From positions 1-32,814 of IMG/VR virus record IMGVR_UViG_3300033067_001362: a DNA stretch of 32,814 bases; one strand, given 5' to 3'. The notes under the pieces were generated by a model. It was not told the DNA's origin, did not search any database, and saw nothing but the letters and a program-made list of their open reading frames with translations. This DNA is from a virus (lineage: Duplodnaviria; Caudoviricetes). The position numbers and the translations under genes were made by a program. Every line of letters starts with the position of its first letter. Within the stretch, counting starts at the first letter, position 1. This document shows positions 16,074 through 25,007 of the stretch, piece by piece.

Positions 16074-16307
16074 ATGGCAATTCAGCTTTCAGGCACAGTG
16101 CGCGATGCGCGTCTCGATGCAATTGAGACCGCAATCGGCACGAGTGCCATTTGGTGGGGCTACGGACTCTCGCCCTATATCCCGGAGTTACAGGCTGCCT
16201 ATCGCGGCGAGATTGTGGCCGAGCGGGCGCTGGAGCCGGTCAATCTGCTCAGTGGCGATGCACCCCCAGCTGGATATCACCCGCCGGCGAAGGTCTTTCA
16301 TTTCTAG
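16074..16307 (+). CDS. Short, possibly chimeric/truncated virion gene
   Basis: Strong GGAGGT SD; N-terminus MAIQLSGTVRDARLDAIETAIGTS resembles a phage structural protein start, then the sequence character changes. Confidence 0.45.
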   Translation: MAIQLSGTVRDARLDAIETAIGTSAIWWGYGLSPYIPELQAAYRGEIVAERALEPVNLLSGDAPPAGYHPPAKVFHF

Positions 16308-16346
16308 CTCAGTTCAACGTTAGCTCAGTTCAACAGGAGACACGAC

Positions 16347-16976
16347 ATGCAAGCAGACAACATGCAATTTAACGAAGGCGCGCAGCTCGCGGCCGCACTG
16401 GGCCTGCACGACCCGGTGACCTGGAAGGCAAAATGGATGCTGCGCAAGTTCCACGCGCACGACATTGCCGCGGCGGGCCTCAACCCTGAAACGGCCCAAG
16501 AGGCCGACATCCTCGCCGCCGGCGTCACGCCCTACGAGACGATTGAGCGCGAGGGAAATTTGTTGATGTATGGCGGCGCATCGTGTTTGTGGCAGTGCCT
16601 CATCGGCAATGGCACCGGCACCGCTGGCCAGGCCTTGACGTTCTTCAACAACGGCAACGCGGCCATCGGTGCCGGTGACTCCAGCACAGCCGCAGCTGCC
16701 ACGCAGACCGACCTGCAAGCCGCGTCGAACAAGCTGCGCAAGGCCATGGACGCGACCTTCCCAGCGCACACCGACGCGACCACGTCTGGCGCGGCGTCGA
16801 CCCAGTTCAAAAGCACCTTTGGCACCAGCGATGCCAACTGGGCCTGGGCCGAATGGGGCGTGTTCAACTCCCCCACCGCGGCCACCGGCCGCATGCTCAA
16901 CCGCAAGGTCGAGTCTCTTGGCACGAAGACCAGCGCCGCGAGCTGGGCCATGACCGTGACATTGACGCTGGCCTAA
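16347..16976 (+). CDS. Virion structural protein (tail-collar/fibre-base-like)
   Basis: AIGAGDS..AAAATQTDL, ANWAWAEWGVFN, MLNRKV, TVTLTL motifs. Confidence 0.65.
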   Translation: MQADNMQFNEGAQLAAALGLHDPVTWKAKWMLRKFHAHDIAAAGLNPETAQEADILAAGVTPYETIEREGNLLMYGGASCLWQCLIGNGTGTAGQALTFFNNGNAAIGAGDSSTAAAATQTDLQAASNKLRKAMDATFPAHTDATTSGAASTQFKSTFGTSDANWAWAEWGVFNSPTAATGRMLNRKVESLGTKTSAASWAMTVTLTLA

Positions 16977-17000
16977 CGGGCCAGCGCAAGGCGGATATAG

Positions 17001-17498
17001 ATGGCAAGCGGCAACGTTCTGGCAGTCTTCACGCCCGGCGCAAATGAGCCGCCGGCGTCGAACTACGCCACCCTCGATACCCGCAACTCGATCGTGGTGC
17101 TCGACTTTGACGCCTCGACCGATGAAGCGGCCGTGTTCCGCGGTGTGTTGCCTGACAACTATGGCGGCGGCGGCCTCACCGTGGACATCTACTGGATGGC
17201 CACGTCAGCCACCTCGGGCTCGTGCCGCTGGGAGGCTGCCATCGAGCGGGACGATCTGAGCACTGACCATGACTCGGACTCGTTTGCATCTGCGCAATCA
17301 GCAGGTACGACAGCATCGGGCACATCAGGCGTAGCCAAGAAGACCAGTATCACATTTACATCCGGCGCGCAGATGGACTCATTGGTTGCCGGCGAACCCT
17401 TCCGGCTGAAGATCAACCGCGACGCCAATGGCACCACCGGCACCGACGACATGACCGGCGACGCCGAACTGCTTGAAGTCGTTGTGAAAGAAACCTAG
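17001..17498 (+). CDS. Putative beta-rich virion protein
   Basis: Ala/Gly/Thr/Asp-rich beta-strand pattern; within a structural cluster. Confidence 0.55.
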   Translation: MASGNVLAVFTPGANEPPASNYATLDTRNSIVVLDFDASTDEAAVFRGVLPDNYGGGGLTVDIYWMATSATSGSCRWEAAIERDDLSTDHDSDSFASAQSAGTTASGTSGVAKKTSITFTSGAQMDSLVAGEPFRLKINRDANGTTGTDDMTGDAELLEVVVKET

Positions 17499-17502
17499 CA
17501 TC

Positions 17503-19218
17503 ATGGCGCGAGGATTCAACTCGACCGTAGGCGCAGGGACGACCGACAAGATCACGACGGCCGAGAGCTTCGCGCGCGCCACGCAGGTTAGCTACGGCAT
17601 TTGGACATACCGGCGTGCTGCGGCTGGGCGGCGAATGTGGGATGGAGGCGACGACTTTGCTCAGCTGGACAGAGCGAGCGCCGGCGGCACGTATGTCTTC
17701 TTCGAGCCAGACTGGAGCGGCTCAGATGCGGAATGGGCCATCACCGAACCAAGTGCGGGAGCATGGCACCATATCCTCGTCACCTACGACGCCTCGTCGA
17801 CGGCGAACGACCCGGTCATCTATGTCGATGGCGTGTCGGTCACTGTCACAGAGAACACCGCGCCAGTGGGCACGTTCACCGCGGTTGCCTGTGATTGGTC
17901 AGTAGGCAACCGCAAGCTAGACAGCGCGCGCTCGTGGGATGGATACCTCGCTGAGTTTGCGATCTGGGACGGCGTGATCCTGACCGCGGCGGAAGCAGCC
18001 GCGCTTGGCAAGGGTGTCTCGCCTCATCTGATTCGCCCCACGTCGCTCAGAGTGTATCTGCCGCTGCTGCGCGACAACACGAACCTGAAAGGCGCAGCGC
18101 CCACGGTGACGGGCACAGCGGTGCAGCCGCACCCGCCCATGATTTACCCAACGTCGGTATGGACGCCGCCACGCTCGGCGTCTTCGACGGTGAGCGTGGC
18201 GGGCTCGGATAGTGCAGCACTCACAGACAACACGCCAGCCGTCACGGCTGCCCTAGCAACAAGTGACAGCGCCAGCCTGACCGATGGCACGCCAGCCATC
18301 ACAGCCGCGCCAGCCGCGGCTGACAGCGCGACCCTGACAGACAGCAGCGCCGTTTTGATCGGCACGGCCAACAGTGACACCGGCACGCTCACAGACAACA
18401 CGCCGGCCATCACGGCTACCCTGGCCGCGTCAGACACCGGAACCCTGAGCGATACGGCTGCACTCCTGGTGTCACACTCGCGCACCGACAGTGTCACGGT
18501 CACGGATAGCACATCGATTGCAGCGGCTGCCTCAACGACTGACAGCGCTGCACTGAGCGAGTCGGTTTCAATTGCCGTGGTGCTTGTGGCGTCGGACAGT
18601 GCGGCATTGAGCGAAACCCGCTCACTCAGCGTAGCCGTAGGCGTCGTTGACTCGGGCACGCTAAGTGATTCTGCCTCGATCGCCGTGGCGCTATCGGCAG
18701 GCGATTCAGCCACCGTCACAGATGCCTCTAATGTATTTGCAGGGACGAGTGTTGCCGGCAACGACAGTGGCGCGCTGAGCGAGTCTGCTGTTATTGCCGT
18801 TGCCACTGCGCACGTGGACCAAGGGGCGTTGGGTGAGGCAGCCGCACTTGCTGCCAGCGTCGCCCTGGCGGACGCCGCTGCACTCGCCGAGTCGGTGGCC
18901 ATCGATGTCACGCTGACTGTCAACGACGCAGGAACGCTGACCGATGTCGGCGGCATCGACGCTGCTCTGCTCGTCGTCTCGGTGAGCGATAGCGCGACGC
19001 TCACTGAAGCAGTCAGCATCCTGGTGCTGCTGGCCGTCGCGGACAGCATGGCCTTAAGCGAGCAGGCGGCAGCTGGATCAACCGCTCGGCTGCTGCATGC
19101 ACAGGCCGACGATCGTCTCGTATCTCATGCTCGCGCGTCTGACGCTGCACGCTACGTAGCTACCGCCGCCGATGTGCTCGCATATCGCGCCCGTGCAAGC
19201 GATGAAGAACTGGAGTGA
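17503..19218 (+). CDS. LamG/concanavalin-A-like domain plus ~16 x ~18-aa repeat stalk (fibre/adhesin-like virion protein)
   Basis: GAWHHILVTYD...IYVDGV...WDGYLAEFAIWD; repeating D-S-x-x-L-[ST]-[DE]. Confidence 0.75.
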   Translation: MARGFNSTVGAGTTDKITTAESFARATQVSYGIWTYRRAAAGRRMWDGGDDFAQLDRASAGGTYVFFEPDWSGSDAEWAITEPSAGAWHHILVTYDASSTANDPVIYVDGVSVTVTENTAPVGTFTAVACDWSVGNRKLDSARSWDGYLAEFAIWDGVILTAAEAAALGKGVSPHLIRPTSLRVYLPLLRDNTNLKGAAPTVTGTAVQPHPPMIYPTSVWTPPRSASSTVSVAGSDSAALTDNTPAVTAALATSDSASLTDGTPAITAAPAAADSATLTDSSAVLIGTANSDTGTLTDNTPAITATLAASDTGTLSDTAALLVSHSRTDSVTVTDSTSIAAAASTTDSAALSESVSIAVVLVASDSAALSETRSLSVAVGVVDSGTLSDSASIAVALSAGDSATVTDASNVFAGTSVAGNDSGALSESAVIAVATAHVDQGALGEAAALAASVALADAAALAESVAIDVTLTVNDAGTLTDVGGIDAALLVVSVSDSATLTEAVSILVLLAVADSMALSEQAAAGSTARLLHAQADDRLVSHARASDAARYVATAADVLAYRARASDEELE

Positions 19219-19221
19219 AAC

Positions 19222-19521
19222 ATGGCAGACGTCAATACCTATTTGCAAGGGTCACGGGTGAAGGTAACCAACGAGTTCACCGACGACGCCGGCGCGGCCC
19301 AAGACCCGAGCGCCGTCAAGCTGCGCATCAAGCCACCGACCGGTTCGGTCATCGAATACGTGTATGGCGTCGACGCAGCGCTGCTACGGGACAGCACGGG
19401 CAGATACCACGCCGACATCGACGTCGACACGCCCGGCCGATGGACATTCCGCTTCATCGCCACCGGCACCGGGAAGTCAACCGATCAGCGCGTGTTTAAC
19501 GTAACTGAGGCGGCGGTGTGA
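19222..19521 (+). CDS. Small Ig-like virion protein
   Basis: DPSAVKLRIKPPTG, STGRYHADI, PGRWTFRF beta-sandwich pattern. Confidence 0.6.
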   Translation: MADVNTYLQGSRVKVTNEFTDDAGAAQDPSAVKLRIKPPTGSVIEYVYGVDAALLRDSTGRYHADIDVDTPGRWTFRFIATGTGKSTDQRVFNVTEAAV

Positions 19522-19560
19522 TGGGCGACCTGTTTTGCCTGTTAACAGGTGAGGTTTGAA

Positions 19561-20019
19561 GTGAGTGAGCAAGTCGAAGAGCGCAACGAACGCAACCAAA
19601 AAGGCCGGTGGCAAAAGGGCCAAACCGGCAACCCGAACGGGCGGCCGCCGAAAGCCCGTGAAACCGCGCGGCTCAAAACCCTTGCCGAAGTCGTCACGCA
19701 AGACGAGTGGCGGCGCATCTGCGAAGTCGCGCTCAAAGACGCCACCGACGAAGGCGACTACCAAGCCCGCGAGAAAGGCCGGCGCTTCATTGCCGACTAC
19801 CTCATCGGCAAGCCGCGGCAAACCGTCAGCATCCAACGAGACGGCGGCGATGGGTCAAGCGCCCTCGACGACCTCACCGACGAAGAGCTTGAAGCCATCG
19901 CTGGTGGGGCCTATCCCGACGTCGTCGCCGGCGACCGCGCGGGTGACTCAGACGCGCAGAGTGCCGACACCGGAGGAAGCGAGAACGGAGATAGCGAGGA
20001 GGAGGAAGGCGGAGAGTGA
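19561..20019 (+). CDS. terS: Terminase small subunit candidate (DUF5681-like)
   Basis: GRWQKGQTGNPNGRPP motif; LTDEELEAIA; directly before TerL. Confidence 0.75.
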   Translation: MSEQVEERNERNQKGRWQKGQTGNPNGRPPKARETARLKTLAEVVTQDEWRRICEVALKDATDEGDYQAREKGRRFIADYLIGKPRQTVSIQRDGGDGSSALDDLTDEELEAIAGGAYPDVVAGDRAGDSDAQSADTGGSENGDSEEEEGGE

Positions 20020-21514
20020 TGAAGCGAAGCGGGTATTGGCTAAGCGGCGGTTGATGTGGTTTGCGCAACACATCGACGCCACATTCATCCCCGCGCCGCA
20101 TCTGAAGCTGATCGCCAGGCATCTTGAGGATGTGCGAGCGCGGCGCATTCGCCGCTTGATGATCTTTGCGCCACCGCGGCATGGCAAGTCGAAGCTCGCC
20201 AGCGAACTCTTCCCAGCGTGGGCGCTGGGCGTGGACCCAACCGAGCAATTCATCATCACTAGCCGCAACGTCGACCTGGCAAACACCTTCAGCCGCAACG
20301 TGAGAAACATGATCAACACCGAGCGATACATCGAAATCTTCCCGGACGTGCAGTTGTCCGACGACAGCGCCACCATTCAGAAGTGGACGCTGGCCGGCTA
20401 CACGCGCCCGGCGATGTTGACGGCTGGCGTAGGCGGCGCGCCGACGGGGCAGGGCGCGAAGATATTGATCATCGACGATCCCATCGGCAACTATCAGCAA
20501 GCCGAGTCGGCTATTGACCGCGAGAACACTTACAAGTGGTACACCGACACCATCTATCCACGTCTTGAACCTCAAGGTGCAGTGATCCTCATGATGCAGC
20601 GCTGGCATGAGGATGATCTCGCCGGCCGCTTGTTACGCGATCAGGCCAAGGCCGACAAGTGGACGGTGCTATCACTGCCCGCATTGACTGAGACACAGGC
20701 CGAGCGCGACCAGATGGCGCGCGAGGTCTTCCAGTCGTCGGTAGGCGAACCAGATCCGCTTGGCCGCAGGATCGGTGAACCGCTGTGGCCGGAGCGGTTC
20801 AATGCCGACGTGCTGAACGGCATTCAGCGCGTCAGCCCCCGGCAATTCCAGGCGAAGTATCAGCAGCGGCCGCGGCCAGCAGAGGGCAGCAAGTTCAAGC
20901 GAGCATGGCTGCAAAAGCGTGTTGACGCAGCGCCGTCAGGCCTGCGGTGGGTTCGGTATTACGACCTGGCCTACAGCCTCAAGCAGACCGCCGACTACAC
21001 AGCCAGTGTCAGCGCGGCCATGGATAGGGACGGCACCATTTACCTGCGCGCTGGCTGGTTCGGCCGGATGGAAACACCAGACATCCGCAAGAAAATCAAG
21101 GAGACCATGCTCGCCGAGCGCAAAGTGCGGCACGGCGTCGAAAGCGCACTCCACGGTGCGGGCGTGGTGCAGGACCTGCGGCGTGATAAGGAGCTGGTCA
21201 GTATCTCGCTCACGCCGGTGCATGTCGACACCGATAAAGCTGTGCGCGCGACGCCCGTCGCAGATCGGGCCGAGGGTGGCCAGTTGGTGTTCGTGCGCGA
21301 AAGCCCCAACGATGACGTTTGGATTGATGCCTGGATCGACGAGATGGCGAGTTTCCCCTTCGGCGAGCATGACGACCGCGTCGACACCGTGAGCGGTTGC
21401 TTTGCCATGGTGACCAACACGCCAGGCTGGACGCAATTTGCAGAGGAACAGCTGGAGAAGAGCCGGCAACCCCAAGCCGACACCAACGAAGCAAGCGAGG
21501 TGAACAATGCCTGA
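19943..21514 (+). CDS. terL: Terminase large subunit (start approximate, GTG 19943 or 19961)
   Basis: Walker A PPRHGKS, Walker B ILIIDDP, QRWHEDDL, nuclease YDLA and HDDRVD. Confidence 0.95.
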   Translation: MTQTRRVPTPEEARTEIARRRKAESDEAKRVLAKRRLMWFAQHIDATFIPAPHLKLIARHLEDVRARRIRRLMIFAPPRHGKSKLASELFPAWALGVDPTEQFIITSRNVDLANTFSRNVRNMINTERYIEIFPDVQLSDDSATIQKWTLAGYTRPAMLTAGVGGAPTGQGAKILIIDDPIGNYQQAESAIDRENTYKWYTDTIYPRLEPQGAVILMMQRWHEDDLAGRLLRDQAKADKWTVLSLPALTETQAERDQMAREVFQSSVGEPDPLGRRIGEPLWPERFNADVLNGIQRVSPRQFQAKYQQRPRPAEGSKFKRAWLQKRVDAAPSGLRWVRYYDLAYSLKQTADYTASVSAAMDRDGTIYLRAGWFGRMETPDIRKKIKETMLAERKVRHGVESALHGAGVVQDLRRDKELVSISLTPVHVDTDKAVRATPVADRAEGGQLVFVRESPNDDVWIDAWIDEMASFPFGEHDDRVDTVSGCFAMVTNTPGWTQFAEEQLEKSRQPQADTNEASEVNNA

Positions 21515-24350
21515 AGACGTTGCAATGGACATGACCGGGGCCGGTGGGGGAGGGGCTGGTGCGGCCGCATACGCGCAGTCGTGGCAGTCAGCGCAGTTTG
21601 GCCCGGGCGCACCCACGAACCCAGTGCGCCCGCTCGACGAGCAGCCGCGCGTGTTCGATTTCCCTCCGGGCATCAACCTGTATATGACACCGCGCGGCGG
21701 GTATGGTCTCTTGCCATTCGCGCAGTTGCGCTCGTTTGCCAGTCTGTGCGAGGAAGTGCGGATCGTCGTCGAGTCGATCAAGCGTGAGATCCGCGCGCTG
21801 GAATGGGACTTCGTGCCTCGCAAGAAGGGCGATAAGACCAACTATGACAAAGACAAGGACGCGCTGCGCGAGTTCTGGGAGAAGCCCGACGGCCAGCGGG
21901 ACTTTGATAGCTGGCTCAACAGCGTGCTCGATGACATGCTCGTCATCGATGCGCCGTCGCTATGGTTGCACATGGAAGGCGATGCGCTCACGTCGGTTGA
22001 CCAGATCGACGGCGCGCTCATTCGGCCGCTGCTCGATGCACGTGGCAAGACGCCCACGGCGCCGCTGCCCGCTTACGTGCAGATGATTAAGGGCCAGGTG
22101 TGGCAATGGTTCACCAACGAGCGGCTGGTCTACAAGCCGTTCAACGCCAACATCACCAGCCCTTACGGCACGTCGCCGATTGAGTTCATGATCATCCGCA
22201 TCAACCAGGCGCTGCGGAAGAAGTTTAGCGACGCCCAGTATTGGGATCAGACCAACGTGCCCGAGGCGATCCTCGGTCTGCCGGCAGACTGGACGACTGA
22301 GCAGATCTCCACGTTCCAGGAATACTTCGACGCGCTGCTGGTTGGCGATACGGCCAAGCTGCGGCGGCTGAAGTTCCTCCCTTCGAACGGCACAAACCTG
22401 CCCGTGTATGAGTTTCGCCGCCCGGCTGAGACGACTGTCTTTGATGAGTGGATGCTGAAGCTCGCGTGTTGGTGCTTCGGCTTCACGCCGGCTGAACTCG
22501 GCATCGTGAGCGGCAGCGGCCTCGGCGGCAAAGGCTTCATGGAAGGAGCGGAGAACACGCAATACCGGCTGGGCTTTGGGCCGATGGTGCAGTATGTCGA
22601 GAGCCTGATCACCTCGATCGTGCGCATGCAGACCAAAGCGCCGCTTGCGTTCAAGTTCATGAACATCGGGCCGCAAGAGGATCAGGTCAAAGAGGCTCAA
22701 CTTAGCGAGATCGAACTGCGCAACGGCATCATCGATATGAACGTCTGGCGCGAGAAGCGTGGCCAGCCCCCTATCCCGAACGTCAAGCCGTTCATGTTGA
22801 TCAACGGGGTGCCTGTATTTGCCGACGAACTGTTCGCAGTGAAACCCGTAGCCAACGCAGACGGCGCAGACGGCGCACAGAATGCACAGGCCGCGCCAGC
22901 TGCCGCAGAGCAACCGGCACCTGTGGCCAAGTCTGATGCGCCGAAGACCGAAGCGGCTGCCGGTGCAGGTGACGGCAACGAGCCAGCCAAGGCGCTAGCC
23001 GAGGAGGCGAGCACGATTCAAGCGACGGCGCTGAATGGTGCACAGATCACGTCGCTTTCGGGGTTGGTCACGGCCGTGGCTGCGGGTGAGCTACCGTATG
23101 AGTCGGCGCGCAATCTGATCGAGGTGGCGTTCCCGACGATTGCGCCGGAGAAGATCGAAGCGATCCTCGCGCCGGTCAAGAATGCCAAGCCGGCTGAAGC
23201 GGTGCAAGCAGCGCCGGCTACTGCAGTAGCGCTGTCGGACCCAGCGGCGGGCGACGAGAAGTCGACAGCCAGCAATCGGGATGACGAGGGCGACGCTGAG
23301 GATCCGAGCGAGATGATCAAGGGCGCGCTCATCAATTGGCACGGCAAGGTCAGGTTCAGGATGAAGCAGAAGCGTTCGCTCGACTGCGAGCCACCAATCG
23401 CCGTGAAGGCGCTGATCTCCCCCGATCTGGAGAAGCGAGTGCGCGGGCAGCTTGCCATTGCCAAGACGCCACTTGACGTGGCGATCATCTTTAAGACTGC
23501 GCGCGAGGCCTACAACCCAAAAGCGGTGGGCCATCTGTTGGGGAAGGCCGACGAGGCTGGACACCCGACGGGTGGCCGCAATACCCTTGAAGCACGCATG
23601 CAGGAATGGCTGACGCAGGTGCTAGCAGCGCTTGCTGGCGAGTTGCCTGCGATCAAGGACGACGACGGCGAAGCAATAGTGAAAGAGTTGCTTGCCGCCG
23701 ATGCGCCGTTTTGGGCGGTGTTCATCGCTACGCTCTTGCCGGGCTTGTTCAAGTGGCTGGCGCGCATGGCGCGGCTCGGTGTGAGTGAGGTGCGCAACCC
23801 GGATGACGGCGACGGCATGTTCAGCGTGCCGCCGAAGATCGCGGCCAGCGTGTCGTGGGATTTGGTGAACGACGAAGCACGTGCTTGGGCGCGTAGCCAC
23901 GCCGGCGAACTGATCCGCGGCATCACTGACGTCACGCGAGACCGGATCCGCAAGGCGCTCGCTGACTCTATCAAGAAAGGCGAGACGATGCCCGACCTGG
24001 TCAAGCGCATCACGGCCGTGATTGATGACAGACGGCGGGCTGAGGTCATCGCTGCAACGGAGAGCACCAATGCATTCAGTGCTGGCAACGAGGTGGCGTG
24101 GACGGCGGCAGGGATCTGGGGCCGCCAATGGTTCACGGCCCAAGACGAGTTCGTGTGTGAAGTGTGCGGGCCGCTGGCTGGACAAATACGGCCGCTGGGT
24201 CAGCCATTCATTCACCCCGAGACTAAAGAGGAGATAAAGCAACCGAGTGCCCACCCGCGCTGCAGGTGCTATCGACAGCCAGTTGTGAACAAGCCTGATG
24301 ATTGGGACGCTGACACTGGTATCAGCCCATCTGTGTCGCAGCGAGGTTGA
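21507..24350 (+). CDS. Portal protein fused to a MuF (SPP1 gp7-like) minor head domain
   Basis: Portal-like N-terminal ~450 aa (YGTSPIE, FGFTPAELG); Ala/Pro/Glu linker; RAEVIAATES...VCEVC...HPRCRC. Confidence 0.85.
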   Translation: MPEDVAMDMTGAGGGGAGAAAYAQSWQSAQFGPGAPTNPVRPLDEQPRVFDFPPGINLYMTPRGGYGLLPFAQLRSFASLCEEVRIVVESIKREIRALEWDFVPRKKGDKTNYDKDKDALREFWEKPDGQRDFDSWLNSVLDDMLVIDAPSLWLHMEGDALTSVDQIDGALIRPLLDARGKTPTAPLPAYVQMIKGQVWQWFTNERLVYKPFNANITSPYGTSPIEFMIIRINQALRKKFSDAQYWDQTNVPEAILGLPADWTTEQISTFQEYFDALLVGDTAKLRRLKFLPSNGTNLPVYEFRRPAETTVFDEWMLKLACWCFGFTPAELGIVSGSGLGGKGFMEGAENTQYRLGFGPMVQYVESLITSIVRMQTKAPLAFKFMNIGPQEDQVKEAQLSEIELRNGIIDMNVWREKRGQPPIPNVKPFMLINGVPVFADELFAVKPVANADGADGAQNAQAAPAAAEQPAPVAKSDAPKTEAAAGAGDGNEPAKALAEEASTIQATALNGAQITSLSGLVTAVAAGELPYESARNLIEVAFPTIAPEKIEAILAPVKNAKPAEAVQAAPATAVALSDPAAGDEKSTASNRDDEGDAEDPSEMIKGALINWHGKVRFRMKQKRSLDCEPPIAVKALISPDLEKRVRGQLAIAKTPLDVAIIFKTAREAYNPKAVGHLLGKADEAGHPTGGRNTLEARMQEWLTQVLAALAGELPAIKDDDGEAIVKELLAADAPFWAVFIATLLPGLFKWLARMARLGVSEVRNPDDGDGMFSVPPKIAASVSWDLVNDEARAWARSHAGELIRGITDVTRDRIRKALADSIKKGETMPDLVKRITAVIDDRRRAEVIAATESTNAFSAGNEVAWTAAGIWGRQWFTAQDEFVCEVCGPLAGQIRPLGQPFIHPETKEEIKQPSAHPRCRCYRQPVVNKPDDWDADTGISPSVSQRG

Positions 24351-24352
24351 TC

Positions 24353-24784
24353 ATGGCAGACAACCTTTCGGTTGAATTCAACGTTGACGTCACCAACATC
24401 GACCGCTTCGACGAGCTGGCCGAGGCGGTGTCGTTCTCGGAACTGCGCACGGTGATCTTCTATGGCCTGCAGCGCGGCATGTATGAGATCCACGGCGGCT
24501 TGCCGCCCTATCCGCCGAAGCCGGAGAAGTCGACCTATCGCCGCACAGGTCTGCTTGGCCGGTCAATCACAGTAGACACGCGCTCGACGGCGGATGGCGC
24601 CGAGAGCGAAATTGGCACCGCTGTGCCATATGGCCCGTTCGTGATTGGCGATGAAACCATGCAGGCGTGGATGCACAAGGGGCGTTGGTGGCAGTTGCCT
24701 GAGCAAGTCATCAAGCGCATCGACGTGGTTGAGACGGAGATTCAAAGGGCAATTACGAGGCGGATAGAGCAGGGAGGTTTCTAG
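24353..24784 (+). CDS. Neck/tail-completion protein (HK97 gp10/Mu gpG-like)
   Basis: YRRTGLLGRSI...IGTAVPYGPFV motif. Confidence 0.65.
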   Translation: MADNLSVEFNVDVTNIDRFDELAEAVSFSELRTVIFYGLQRGMYEIHGGLPPYPPKPEKSTYRRTGLLGRSITVDTRSTADGAESEIGTAVPYGPFVIGDETMQAWMHKGRWWQLPEQVIKRIDVVETEIQRAITRRIEQGGF

Positions 24785-24790
24785 GTCGCA

Positions 24791-24820
24791 TTGACGCTTA
24801 GCACACCTGTGCTATATACT
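24791..24820 (+). promoter_or_regulatory. Promoter for the head operon with a palindrome in its spacer
   Basis: TTGACG-18 nt-TATACT; TAGCACA-CC-TGTGCTA at 24799-24814. Confidence 0.65.
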
Positions 24821-24903
24821 CTTCCCAGCAAACGCCGGGGTCTACCGGCCGCACTCAGTTTTGATACTTAGGCCGCCCATCGAGGAAGGCCGATCAGCAA
24901 GCT

Positions 24904-24982
24904 GAAACGCGGTGCCAAAAGAACCGAGCTGCGCACAAAGCGATTTGTGCGTCGTTCGTCTTTGGCACCGCGTTTCGTTTTT
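24904..24982 (+). terminator. Long leader hairpin/attenuator before the protease gene
   Basis: 16-bp perfect base stem GAAACGCGGTGCCAAA/TTTGGCACCGCGTTTC, apical stem CGCACAAA-GCGA-TTTGTGCG, then GTTTTT. Confidence 0.7.
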
Positions 24983-25007
24983 CCGCGCTCTCGCGGAAGA
25001 GGCAAGT

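Noticed and set aside
16305-16334. tRNA fragment (TAGCTCAGTT resembles a D-arm)
   Set aside because: No acceptor stem, anticodon arm or properly placed T-arm
18050-18075. Second Chloroflexi YLP sorting motif (VYLPLLR)
   Set aside because: Internal, at the end of the LamG-like domain, and the protein has no signal peptide
19565-19942. Long N-terminal extension of TerL, or a TerS-TerL frameshift
   Set aside because: The extension is the shadow frame of terS; TerL is +1 relative to terS and no convincing shift site was seen
24799-24814. CIRCE (HrcA) element
   Set aside because: Shares TTAGCAC but lacks the 9-bp arms and N9 spacer
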